From Candidatus Woesearchaeota archaeon (GTDB lineage Archaea; Nanobdellota; Nanobdellia; Woesearchaeales; GW2011-AR15), in assembly GCA_014729915.1 (NCBI GenBank), contig WJJD01000058.1, positions 18,293 through 82,292 of the forward strand: a DNA stretch of 64,000 bases. The letters are read 5' to 3'. Numbering within the stretch: the stretch's first letter is position 1; every line of letters begins with the position of its first letter. A model generated the notes under the pieces. That model did no database searches. It was not told where the DNA came from and was given only the letters and a program-made list of their open reading frames with translations. This document shows positions 24,001-26,497 of this stretch, piece by piece. The translations under genes and the position numbers were made by a program.

Positions 24001-24238
24001 TGTTCCGGTCATAAATTCAACAAACAACTCAAATTTTATGACAGGAATTTTGTGGGACAAATCTGACGGAAACAATGAATTCAATGCAACCCAGGATCTT
24101 GTATTCATAACAGAAGTAAAGGAAAATTACTCCGGATATTTCGGATACTATGATTTTGAGTTTAAGGTTCCAAGCAACCTGAAATTATACAAACAGCCTG
24201 ATACAACAAAGGTAGCATTATATACAGAACTAAAATGA
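2..24238 (+). CDS. Giant secreted multidomain surface/adhesin-like protein. It is 5'-partial: the frame is open from nt 2, so the product is longer than 8,049 aa. Modules: DUF2341-like, LamG/ConA-like lectin domains, Big/Ig-like repeats, CARDB, and a conserved C-terminal tail.
   Basis: The ORF track gives 89..24238. Frame 2 has no stop back to nt 2 and reads IGDTAGIVGNSTNFDGSGEW, which resembles the internal LamG repeats, so the gene is truncated by the window. There are 8 copies of the 'DWWN[QST]SW.[YK]RK.INIT ... DLRF' motif at about nt 1075, 3134, 4891, 6448, 9464, 15230, 17241 and 19248. LamG-like segments have the form 'GYIDGADEFDGTSSYITAGDIDEFSD ... LEAWIKPDG ... GGTIDEARISK ... WINQTYQ'. 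A CARDB-like segment at about 23330-23690 reads 'NITIYAKIFNTGGSDAENFTVQFF ... IFVVVDP ... ELNESNNV'. N-x-S/T sequons are extremely frequent. Confidence 0.85.
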   Translation: MGDTAGIVGNSTNFDGSGEWIEDSDAENYLNSTSNISFSVWINSDSIANDRPIFITQESGFNDSSDSWSLIRFDQYGWSGSGEEVIKIALRSSSGTTAAETTSNATGTVWMHLSLVWNSGEAPVLYRNGSVMPWSAAPGPLAGNFEADTLAIGRGNKDEWWDGLIDEFRISNVSRSAAWLNASYLNQFDPSGFYNVKTSEDPETPEISDTKCYESDSDWIDCDTIGFENQIEKIRTTCDSVQGGEVKNVTFVFKNIEDNKIYFNVTTADNSTGYWEYNISDITIYDSGRFNLKTICRQNPESEEEINWTIPFGTLSSELISPDKNINVTKYRFFNFTSKITCTGGECGYINASLDPIDWWNQSWSKRKEINITGISSSGLEEFPVYLNITDETEMQPDYEDLRFFNGSCSVNSGGLNYEIEDYDADHADVWVKVSNLTSGINTLCMYYGNFGAASGENISGVWDNGFIMVHHFQETINDDVEGHIDSSPYSNDGTPKNLQDAGDGTTDTEGKIDGADKFGNDDDYINVDDHASLEPNYITISAWVFPESISSESCTEGQHNRGDMILDKSGGSDDSIEFGLCDDDGIYFYIDTGSDYTASNQTYGFSTDAWYYVSAVYDGSDMFVYVNDELIRTKPASGNIITNANDVHLGGRTDQSKYFDGWIDDMQVSGVGRTQDWINQSYQLMQNQEAFVNFGTGEKITKDLVSMTPRDTPFYTTTNNSMNYESNPCLANMTSGNACNTTWQVNATGDSDSVWEFFTLYESTNYSENVTENKTSKINITILNNAAPLVKSISILPADPRFSDNLTCIYNITDTGYFDDLSANISWYKNEALEYSEIISVENAVRASRELYSGNTSAGEVWYCAVTPKDFELTGTRENSTKKTILASSPPSISKIQCRETETWKSCDEISFNNNLTAVRVNCTDTDNNVANASFNLSNIDDSKILVNGTSADNSTGYFMLDNADIIISDSGAFNITVVCYDESGVSNSNYTQWEIPFGVFSAELVSPVKNINVTRHRFFNFTSKITCIGGECGNVNATLDPSDWWNSSWTYRKEINITGISGTQLQEYPVFLNLSYDSEMLSNYSDLRFINGSCGSSSDLLNYEIENYTNSNALVWIKLPSLDYGKNQICMYFSNPDAASGENISGVWDNEFILIHHFREVVDDDVEGHIDSSPYTNDGTPKNMQDAGDGTTGTEGKIDGADKFGNDDDYINVDDHASLEPNHITISAWIYPESISPEACAESNHNYGDMILDKSGASDDSIEFGLCDDDGIYFYIDTGSDYTASNQSYGFSANTWYYVSAVYDGSDIFVYVNDELIRTKPASGNIITNANDIHLGGRPDQSKYFDGWIDEMQVSGTGRSFGWINQSYQLVVNQDSLLSFSDREKQPKGVISMISGDTPFYTTTNNSINYESNPCLENMSSGESCNTTWNVNTTGDTGEVWAFFAIYTSTDYPSNITDTETTRINLTIIDNSAPGVVSVSLSPAAPLDNQDLNCTINITDPGYFDKLSANITWYKNNVSNYSTIISVENGVKKTSALYSENTSEDDTWYCGVIPYDQDLYGTQSNSSIATIISSIGSLNSTLILPVPNQTTEKNIYTTFTINSLVACEGTTGQTCGDVNATARYSGGDWWNSSFSYRCNITIIEDDGYARINEPVVINGSGLSSQCPDILSAKENSLRLIDDSSSIVKLQVDDWHNITTIRDPDDTLDSDDEIIFLINLSAGQSRQYYLYYDDTVNVSGIYSNDTELQTTATTRTIIAKDWNGTYDRDDGGSSARSGFSDFWIYDTEYGHNSYAMIMPRIGSLDGVDEIFTDENHGPVRYYLRVKQPASDSETDYFFYKDRIYVHSSYADQAFVNYMNDAAGTVGDSSAASDYGYSSDYTIHCYSSDCSVTLSNEAGGYDDLQLDAADDEHSMWVTFNQSKRADHNNIINNPVTKEFSVQENYSGMSPISTNSGATPFFSLSSQPRLCGNMYKGDTCHINWTINATGEIGSSWNIDVIFESSSASVESSETEDVQIDLINNTPPVISDSASSPSIFGYGYSTNITAEITDEENLTDNVWIIIDMPDQASITQNMQNNTLTNYSYYFSDTWRYGSYNYTIYANDTHGAESSSSGQFLVSVTGEMDVSTKNNSYGPDEVVKLEGEGVRDDWWNTSFSYRKQLTITNNDASTLPENYMINLSINTSKLILENKLQIDCDDLRIVWKNSSDSSYHEVDRINETPCNTSQTKITFSTKSTISAASDDRNYWIYYGNSTISEGPQNKSIIYPLWDDFNKPDGDTPGWTVVTGTWQISGNELQGTNPSGSNNAGAVSGDTSWTDYNFTVKMNSSAGSTRAPGPIVRYQDSNNYWWMECYGGDIIFRPKIGGADQDWIDSFSVFAGFPVQGTEYELSMVVSDQHIDMWVDGTKYVDYDVGSSYQISAGSVGFTQHSGTGETVTFDDALVRKYTSSKPSYQLDDEQSLVALKSYVRNKNTNSYDFKAYLLMRIQRYSGGSWINVDTPVVNDIIPPVNQRTFSTGNVLYLNTTWVDKGSWDTETNQNGTYRVLARLTDPTGSIILKKDADENFEATSEFTIGSPDLRITDLTHENLYDHAINEYEVTDTIDWINVSIINLNKTAINATISLSLKDFNDDITDWGPNTIKSCGDLTYNEQCTKKFDNSSSGYQIPETASSGTYNFSWSISLDSEVGNSYINESLKVKIHNLQNNFSAELSPSSIYKNQSSLYNLSIYTPWSENLTEVYVKINCPALSGMVCKCQGGPDNYCYFSSILDETFRDMSFNITTNASTPIGQYNINVTINYTNPGNEIREWTDQQNKELKISQPGILDTFITNTDSSVNRNTLFELTGYTNNTDNSEGDDVNLTWTLPASWTNYSGGFTGYNSSLGTLDRFWYNLTANITLNAEQGIKIIYLTSNSSNKPGSTDSYSVTVYLKPKLVNLVSDDYDPGQGDSIQLQATLEYDNGTVMQGQTVSFYDTTQNYSIGSDSTDSSGIAAVNYNIADDAAVKTHTINISYSGDAGNYIRKNSSLLNITVHQITNISEVSASPQKTGYGMQINLSAKIIDGDGITSAKVNITYPNSSVVSYNLSSFGTSYSKIFNKTWNPGKHYYKIQTSDSTGENSQSALYNFTISTNASLRVETKKYNYSQKEHVNLSLTPEFWWSTDYSHRKQINVTNNDAQVLKKGYTMNISLDTASLISADKMEADCADLRITWYNSTGAVEMELDRIIDSSCNRADTELTFMIQENISASFSDTNYYLYYGNSGTDNPPENKTRVYIFYDEFNYTAGTLPGWTVVSGTWQTHQQKLRGQSPSGQNNMGAKNGDSTWTDYRMETRMNSAGGSTRAPGPIIRAQDNDNYWWFEQYNGQIVFRPKIGGADQGWEASFSVFGGYPVQGTWYNLTLEVIDQHVDIFVDGTQYVDYDIPVADQVTNGEIGFTQHTGTNEDVRFDDVKVTLLMSAGPSADIRGEESLSSVVLNNGSADFKAYLFMKIQYNNSGVWENKQTVVDDLSTSTIRRINSSDYLGLTSIWQDNGAWYTDLEENGIYRVYSEIRDISGNVLADDSGNYLNDSEIFEILPPSINIDLDSITIYDVTDAADTHTDTITLVDSGLNKTFELFTNKSYRVEIKVDVLQDSADYIINESNITHNNLNGDWNITAGDIWYADFEKTYSGGTFSRQNVSWNSSSGGSVSEFNSVTFYYVVNTTTDTSGNYPVLFRIKNPNYQEQDSSVYYVIESEESPPGLYNDEYNLVPSIVFRNETLKISARWNEEIRQARAEYNSTSADLGNYTIALPEPNPYNWTNHSITTNISWILGVHSARIYAQDLNYNWNKTLDYKTFEVRGYSSVSSITLDPQIIDIDENTSILCRVISDNLSGIENYNVSFYNGSGLIGTNLTNQTGWAVFTYQDKTAGTETFSCNISDDPEKYYNVSTDSRKSDLTTHEFEYPWYDNVNQSSPIVHKTGLINLWAMWYDNLELDKAWLSTNETGSYQNNTLADSIFFAGNESRSNFTAEIPEDANPGAVGWRIYANDTSDNVNQTSVYGFEIWGYAKVSSITLDPESMFVGNTTNITCRVIDANSTSSIENYNVSFYNSTGHIGSALTDASGYAKINYTDSSSGLETIICNITDWDIGYYNISLQNSQQEELNTLPEGYDIYPPGIIEYDLTKDSITRGKNITIYAQWTEEINRSKVKYNSTSSEIFTYNLTPPFPENRTNYTITTNNTWYAGRHSAKLTAYDQNNNRNNTLSYLDFNVTGWSKVYWHLPTEIVAGDTISLVCNVSDKHLDTPISNYLVYFYNETFDYLGYNYTNESGLAALNVSIGGKTGSETYYCEISDSLDIFYKVNSSFNDDLASQLLTFNQQSPQISLHYPQNNYNSTTDFINFNFTATDDLDEIMECDLIVDSVTEKSGFNATNNTITNVNATLTDGYHNWNISCSDDNGLEDTSSTRTLKIDTTGPEIEIKSPDNNYWHTENITILFNATDLTLVNNCSLIINNEINRTKNSSVLNNPNNFTLNNNNQGIYDYKINCSDIYGFTDASSRKTFYIDTTKPSIELFSPVKNSTQYSVVITFGLRSTDNLADLMMCDITSDGVEIVQDIKVYNNTFTTSEYDYGYEGVGKHYWNVTCTDNASNINTSWTWDFNISVIPNISLDSPANDTWSKHNLTFTYTPKDVNGFENCSIYIDDILNDTDESIVNYYENSFYIENVSEGKHNWTVKCFNNNLVLLAANQTNTFTIDRTDPSIRLLAPEPGSLKNISSVEFNFTVLDNLDSLLVCNLTINSSVESVDFNVSNNSITNQTVIDLKDGVFDWNITCIDNAGNTNTSLTGNFNISVDPNVTLNQPENNFITKLRNISFNYTPEDLTGIENCSIYINEELNDTEDNIKNNRINRFNITDFKQGKYNWTVKCYDSSRYRNSYKAPLRYFSINDSIPPEIENTQCYKTGSGWVDCDSLAFNEVIESVHTKCYSNVSGIVDNVTFSLKNIDDNKVYYNQTLTSKAGEYWEYNHTDIRILDSGEFNLHIICRENPVTEEDTNWTISFGTLSSELISPTIDINVSRNRFFNFTSKITCSGGECGYVKAGLDPVNWWNTSWERRKQINITNIGSSVLSDFPAYLNISKESGMRNDFYDLRFFNGSCGFETEELAYEIEFNGSLQADIWLKIPSLNPGKNTLCMYYSNSQAQNAENISGVWDDDYVMVLHLDETTGVHYDSTSYNYNGSGSVNSQDAEGYIDGADEFDGTSSYITAGDIDEFSDQITLEAWIKPDGTQSSWAKIISKRNSANNHYVYTLQYDSAQHLTFQLNDAALAATTTSTYSSQSWVYAAGSYNGADMDLYVDGVSAASDSGATVVPASDYPTSLGARYRSGADQYFGGTIDEARISKKGRSRIWINQTYQMMANPQNIVEYSSGEINKGLISTNEGDTPFYTIDDNPMNSTYLACLANMTAGESCNTTWSVNATGTADSVWEFFATYESMNYSDNVSENITTTVNINIIDNQAPVVESISLSAQNPGETRDLNCTFIVTDSSSFDILTANVSWYKDDELSYSKIIDVSNGVLKNHILDSANTTAGEVWHCGVTPYDQYLYGNSQNSSKITIQLSEPPVISGIQCKENGESWAGCSEIQFNDNLTHIRADCFDPDGEVINVTFTLKNLDDNYTYFSGTTQDNSSGYFVFNNTDIRITDSGDFRLTAVCRDDFDVNDTEQTEWLVPWGTLSSTLLDPTGNINVTKNKFFNFSSRISCSGGECGHVNVSLDPVKTWWNSSWEYRKEINITSLGSLEKFPAYLNISKESEMRDDYYDLRFFNGSCGADTEELAYEIEFNGTFNADAWVKIPALSAGTNTICMYYGNSDAENGEDIAGVWDDDYVMVLHLDESAGMHYDSSSYGYNGTPDSISDQDAAGYIDGADEFDGTSSYITAGDIDEFSDKITLEAWIKPDGSQEDYAKIITKRSDSNHYLYTLQYDDSQHLIFQVNDNTIGVESAATYSASSWSHVLGTYDGSDMNLYIDGVPETPASGSTTIPGSSYPAGIGARYLSSASHFFGGIIDEARISKKARSQVWANQTYRMMADQDSFVTEGRSEKGKSLVSTIHGDTPFYTTDANPVFPEDENCLENMISGVSCNISWEINATGNYWTTWEFFVESMAMNYSDNISTSISSKINITITPNQAPSLSSVSISPEYPVHTDNLTCRFTITDPNYFDSLSANITWYNNSIPAYSQTVDALNGIVANATLNSINTTAGEKWHCGVIPYDGNLYGDELNSSNITILSERPPEINKIECYRNNTDWIDCSALEFNDVFSGVRANCTSDQNSISNVTFNFTNIPDSQKYFENKTATNTGDWWYFYKNITMNNSGEYNIYSVCRDNSTNTTDVDELTNWTIPWGTLSASLIEPDADTNKQVDSFFNFTSEITCLNGECGNVEAQLDPSVSWWNYSWDKRKEINITSVASAELANFPVYLNITKESDMQNDYEDLRFFNSTCNDHQSTELNFEIEKYDSSNADIWLSLPILKPGTNTICMYYDNAAALSGENISGVWDDDYVLVLHLDESSGTHYDSTSYGYNGSPSVLDQNAAGYIDGADEFDGTSSYITAGDIDEFSDEITLEAWIKPDGSQDDWSKIITKRNSGDSDYVYTLQYDNAQQLMFQLNDAAISSTTTTTYSSSVWSYIAGSYNGSDMDLYVDGISRGSDSGSTTIPGSTYLTGIGARYISSASHFFGGTIDEVRISKIGRTMDWINQTYQQVADYENIITVGDQETRQKGTVSTIEGDTPFYTTDENPLNYSHKSCLENLIAGRVCNVTWKVNATGPVGSVHEFFVIYNMTTNRPYVSDTETTHIYITISDSADIPPAVSLLRPENNHLTNHPDVVFNCSASDNTGLFNITLYSNFGGSFEENGTNSITGTENSTTFSRTLNQGTYIWNCLGFDIDGNSDWGNSNYTFTIDTTSPSISLSGPGDGDSFNNNNIEFNFTVMDNLDTTMVCNITVNNTVEDENFNAGNNSLITRTITEFGSGTHFWNITCVDDAGNINTSDTRNFTISDLPPEVFLLTEDDVYQSSDSISLAYNATDNNNVTESMLYINGILNDTTDDPIDNIEQTFNLTNLAEGIYNWTVNVSDINNLTDMASERWFTVDYTKPSINLTGPENGSLLNMSTVSFNYTVFDNLDSGLICNITINNTVRDLNYAAANNTQIFRDITLIDGVHYWNVTCADNAGNTNTSITGTVRISSSPTVVLDSPEQNYSQNTQDMTFYYTPTDNTNFTSCDLLINDKVNKTNSSITNGAQNQFFVLGFSEGTYNWTVNCTDTIGLFSAASPKRDFTIDLKKPSIILHHPLLNKTFYSRDVMFNYTVVDDFSDTLSCNLTIDREVNLTGISSINNTPVNRTITITDDGLHWWNITCIDDAGNSNTSITRNFTTLNPPEITLVSPEDNTILTNGTDIEFEYSLSDLDGIDNSSIFINGKRNKTDYSPSTEINNYFYLNFSEQGIYTWNIEAFDLEGLGANATPRTLTIDYSPPVVTINSPKEGDNLSWNNATFNFTVTDNLDSQLFCNITINDTTEYENITVSNNSDVIRYRIVRDGNYNWSVTCIDHANNTNEYKLINFSVSAPPDITLNYPVDNYRTGQVNLTFNYTPGDAIGLENCTLIINGEDNKTDEEIDKNIYNYFDVDEFPEGEYNWTVRCYDKTPEFNEYTAAAENFTIDLTGPSINIHSPLESDSINTNDVFFNWTPIDNYGIDLICNLTLDGEVNISGITTQSSSLTNRTIYDLDFGAHNWSVACRDDLNNKNTTETYNFTINNADLTLNSSHITFNNSAPEENENITIYAKIFNTGGSDAENFTVQFFRGNYTLGNQINENRTLSLLIGENKTVNTTWSAGVPNPYYIFVVVDPPIASEGIIAELNESNNVAFNTVYVGSYNTLYGNISGVLNIKQNLTNRTVFEWSLLNFTGSNIYAVDYDSNIDWTDLHAVSRNTTLDYIQDDFFEIDTALQMENNTDSLNQSYTANSQPKLTRNFTVYSSSISYVPVINSTNNSNFMTGILWDKSDGNNEFNATQDLVFITEVKENYSGYFGYYDFEFKVPSNLKLYKQPDTTKVALYTELK
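650..4700 (+). repeat. Two tandem ~2-kb intragenic modules (Ig-like x2, DUF2341-like, LamG, Ig-like x2) that are about 90% identical at nucleotide level in their cores
   Basis: Compare nt ~1380-1700 with ~3430-3750: 'gtcgagggccacattgattcttctccatat...' versus 'gtcgagggccatattgattcttctccatac...'. Protein motifs repeat in the same order: KCYESDSDWIDCD/QCRETETWKSCDE, FGTLSSELISP/FGVFSAELVSP, WWNQSW/WWNSSW. Confidence 0.65.
13050..23330 (+). repeat. About 30 tandem ~90-100-aa Ig-like beta-sandwich repeats of two alternating types, within the giant gene
   Basis: Alternating units: type A ends '...DG.H.WN[IV]TC.DNAGN.NTS....F.IS', and type B reads '...P..N.....N.T..Y.P.D..G.ENCS.YI......T........F....F.EG.YNWTVKCYD' followed by 'T.D.T.PSI'. 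Confidence 0.55.
14770..20500 (+). repeat. Three tandem ~2-kb intragenic modules of the same architecture (copies 3-5), with LamG cores of about 95% nucleotide identity
   Basis: The segment 'ggctatattgacggtgcagatgaatttgacggaacaagcagctatatcacagcaggagatattgatga' recurs at about 15661, 17668 and 19681. The protein motif GYIDGADEFDGTSSYITAGDIDEFSD occurs three times. Confidence 0.65.
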
Positions 24239-24348
24239 TTTCATACAAAAAATGTGCAGAAGATAATTTTCTGAATTTTTCAGGAAGTCTAAACTTATCT
24301 TCTGCACCATTCCATCAGGGAAAAATTCAGAAAACAAGCATTTTTTGT

Positions 24349-26493
24349 ATGAAAAAGAAATACAGAAAATTCATCAGGCTCATCTTTTTTTTATTTTTAT
24401 TTTCAGTAATTATCAGATCAGCTCTATCAGACTGCACAGCAAACAACACTCCGCAGCTTAATCTTCCTGAAAACTTTAATCTTTATGAGGGAAAGCGCTT
24501 CTACTATGAAATAGATGTCAATTATTCATTTGGACACGACCTTTTATTTTCGTATAATCCGGTCAAATCTTCTTTTGAAAATTTTGAAATAAAAAACACA
24601 ACAGGGATAATTGATTTTATACCCCAAAAAAATGATGCAGGCCTTCAGAGAATAATAATTTTTGTGATAAATGAAAAAGAATGTTATGACACACAGCTCC
24701 TAAAATTTAAGATATTTGACAGCCCCGGGATAATATACCATTATCCTGAAGAAGAATATGTCATAATAAAGGAAGGAGAAAAAGAACGATTCTATGTGAA
24801 TGCCTCAACAGAAATCCTTGAAGATAACAAGTATTATTACAGGTGGCTCCTTAACCAGAACATCAGATCAATTGAAAATGAATTCATATATTCACCTGGT
24901 TTTTCTGATTCAGGAACATACAATTTAACTGTCATAGTTACAGATAAAAATCGACTGGAAACGAGTCACACCTGGAAAATAAGAGTAGAAAATGTTAACA
25001 GGAATCCGGTACATCTGAGAGATACCGGAGATATCTATGTTTCAGCAAATAGTAATTTTGAACTTTTTAATCTGAATGATTATTTTACTGATTATGACAA
25101 TGATACACTTGGCTTTGATTACTGGTTTATCAAAAACAGGACGAAAACAAAGGAATCTGAAAATTTTGATGTGAACATATCTGATTCAGGAGATGTTTCT
25201 GTAAAATCACTTACAAACAGCACAATTACAGAAAAATTAGAATTCAGGGCCGGTGACTCGTCAGGAGAATATGCATCAGGAACCACTTTTAACATAAGTT
25301 CAGTCAGCAAACAGAGTGCTGAAGATTTTTTCAGTACCGGGAACTGCACACCAGATATCAATTGCGGGGACTGGTCAGAATGCTTTTCAACTGGATTAAG
25401 AATAAGAAAATGCATTGATAATAACAACTGCACAAAACAGGACAAGGAACTCATTGAAACAGAGAAATGCGATTATTCCGCGGATTGCTTTGACGGTATC
25501 AGAAACCAGAAAGAAGAAGGGATTGACTGTGGAGGCCCGTGTCTTCCCTGTCCAAGCTGTTCAGACGGCCTGAAAAACCAGAATGAAGAAAAAACTGACT
25601 GCGGAGGTCCATGTGAAACTTGTCCTGACTGCTTTGATTTTATTAAAAACCAGGATGAGACAGATGTTGACTGCGGAGGCTCATGCAGGCCATGCAGGAC
25701 AGGAGAAGCATGCATAAAAGACAATGACTGCATAAGCCTGAACTGCAAAGAAAAAAAATGCATGAATGCTATCTGCAGTGACAGTATAAAAAACCAGGGA
25801 GAAGAGGATATTGACTGCGGAGGTCCATGTCCGGCCTGTGCAAACTGCACTGACAGCATAAAAAACCAGGAAGAAGAAGGGATTGACTGCGGTGGTCCCT
25901 GTGAGTCGTGTGCAACATGCAGTGACAACATTAAAAATCAGGGTGAGTTTTTAGAGGACTGCGGAGGTCCATGTAAAAACTGCTTTGCAGTATTTTTTGA
26001 AAAGGGATTTGAGAAGATTCCCCTGCCTGTTATCTTTGTATTTACGATAATAATAATAGTTGTCATACTCGGAAAGTTCTATGTCGAAAATGATGTTGAT
26101 CTATTGTTGACTTTGAGCAGATTTACTAAATTTATCATAAAAATCCCTGATCAAAAACTAGAAAAGGCAACAGATGAGACCATAGAAAAATTAAGAACCC
26201 TAAAACAGGAATTTCATGGATATAAGACGGATGAGGAGCTTGCAGAAAAATATAATGAGATAATCAACAATTATTTTCAGGATATTCTGGATATTGAAGA
26301 TGTCTTTACAATAGGAGTTCTTGAAAAGACTCTTAAAAAAAAGATAAAAAATATTTTTGCAAGAAGACTGCTTTTCCTGGTATATGAAAACTCATCAGTA
26401 TCATTAGAAGGAAACTTTTTTTTCAAATTAGAACTGGAGCACAATATCCAGGAAATACAGAATCTTCTAAGAAAGATAAAGCAGGCCTTATAA
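24349..26493 (+). CDS. Single-pass membrane protein with a signal peptide, an extracellular domain containing about 8 tandem Cys-rich ~24-aa repeats, one TM helix and a coiled-coil cytoplasmic tail. The ORF track starts it at 24235; I prefer the internal ATG at 24349.
   Basis: 'MKKKYRKFIRLIFFLFLFSVIIRSALS' is a classic n/h/c signal peptide beginning at the in-frame Met at 24349. The 24235 start overlaps the giant gene's stop. Repeats: 'CFDGIRNQKEEGIDCGGPCLPC', 'CSDGLKNQNEEKTDCGGPCETC', 'CFDFIKNQDETDVDCGGSCRPC' and similar. The TM helix is 'IPLPVIFVFTIIIIVVILG'. Confidence 0.7.
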   Translation: MKKKYRKFIRLIFFLFLFSVIIRSALSDCTANNTPQLNLPENFNLYEGKRFYYEIDVNYSFGHDLLFSYNPVKSSFENFEIKNTTGIIDFIPQKNDAGLQRIIIFVINEKECYDTQLLKFKIFDSPGIIYHYPEEEYVIIKEGEKERFYVNASTEILEDNKYYYRWLLNQNIRSIENEFIYSPGFSDSGTYNLTVIVTDKNRLETSHTWKIRVENVNRNPVHLRDTGDIYVSANSNFELFNLNDYFTDYDNDTLGFDYWFIKNRTKTKESENFDVNISDSGDVSVKSLTNSTITEKLEFRAGDSSGEYASGTTFNISSVSKQSAEDFFSTGNCTPDINCGDWSECFSTGLRIRKCIDNNNCTKQDKELIETEKCDYSADCFDGIRNQKEEGIDCGGPCLPCPSCSDGLKNQNEEKTDCGGPCETCPDCFDFIKNQDETDVDCGGSCRPCRTGEACIKDNDCISLNCKEKKCMNAICSDSIKNQGEEDIDCGGPCPACANCTDSIKNQEEEGIDCGGPCESCATCSDNIKNQGEFLEDCGGPCKNCFAVFFEKGFEKIPLPVIFVFTIIIIVVILGKFYVENDVDLLLTLSRFTKFIIKIPDQKLEKATDETIEKLRTLKQEFHGYKTDEELAEKYNEIINNYFQDILDIEDVFTIGVLEKTLKKKIKNIFARRLLFLVYENSSVSLEGNFFFKLELEHNIQEIQNLLRKIKQAL
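25480..25990 (+). repeat. Tandem Cys-rich repeat array, consensus about C-x-D-x-I-K-N-Q-x-E-E-x-I-D-C-G-G-P-C-x-x-C
   Basis: About 8 successive copies are read directly from the translation. The antisense ORF 25473..25931 carries the periodic 'GPPQSI' mirror image of this repeat. Confidence 0.7.
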
Positions 26494-26497
26494 TAAA

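Noticed and set aside
24235-24348. Upstream extension of the Cys-rich membrane protein, using the track start at 24235 (MISYKKCAEDNF...)
   Set aside because: It would overlap the giant gene's stop, and it precedes an in-frame Met (24349) that begins a textbook signal peptide. The 38 extra residues are not hydrophobic and are probably untranslated.
25473-25931. 152-aa minus-strand ORF with a periodic 'HGPPQSI...SSWF' repeat
   Set aside because: It is the reverse-complement shadow of the Cys-rich 'IDCGGPC' repeat array of the 24349..26493 gene. Its periodicity is inherited from the sense strand.
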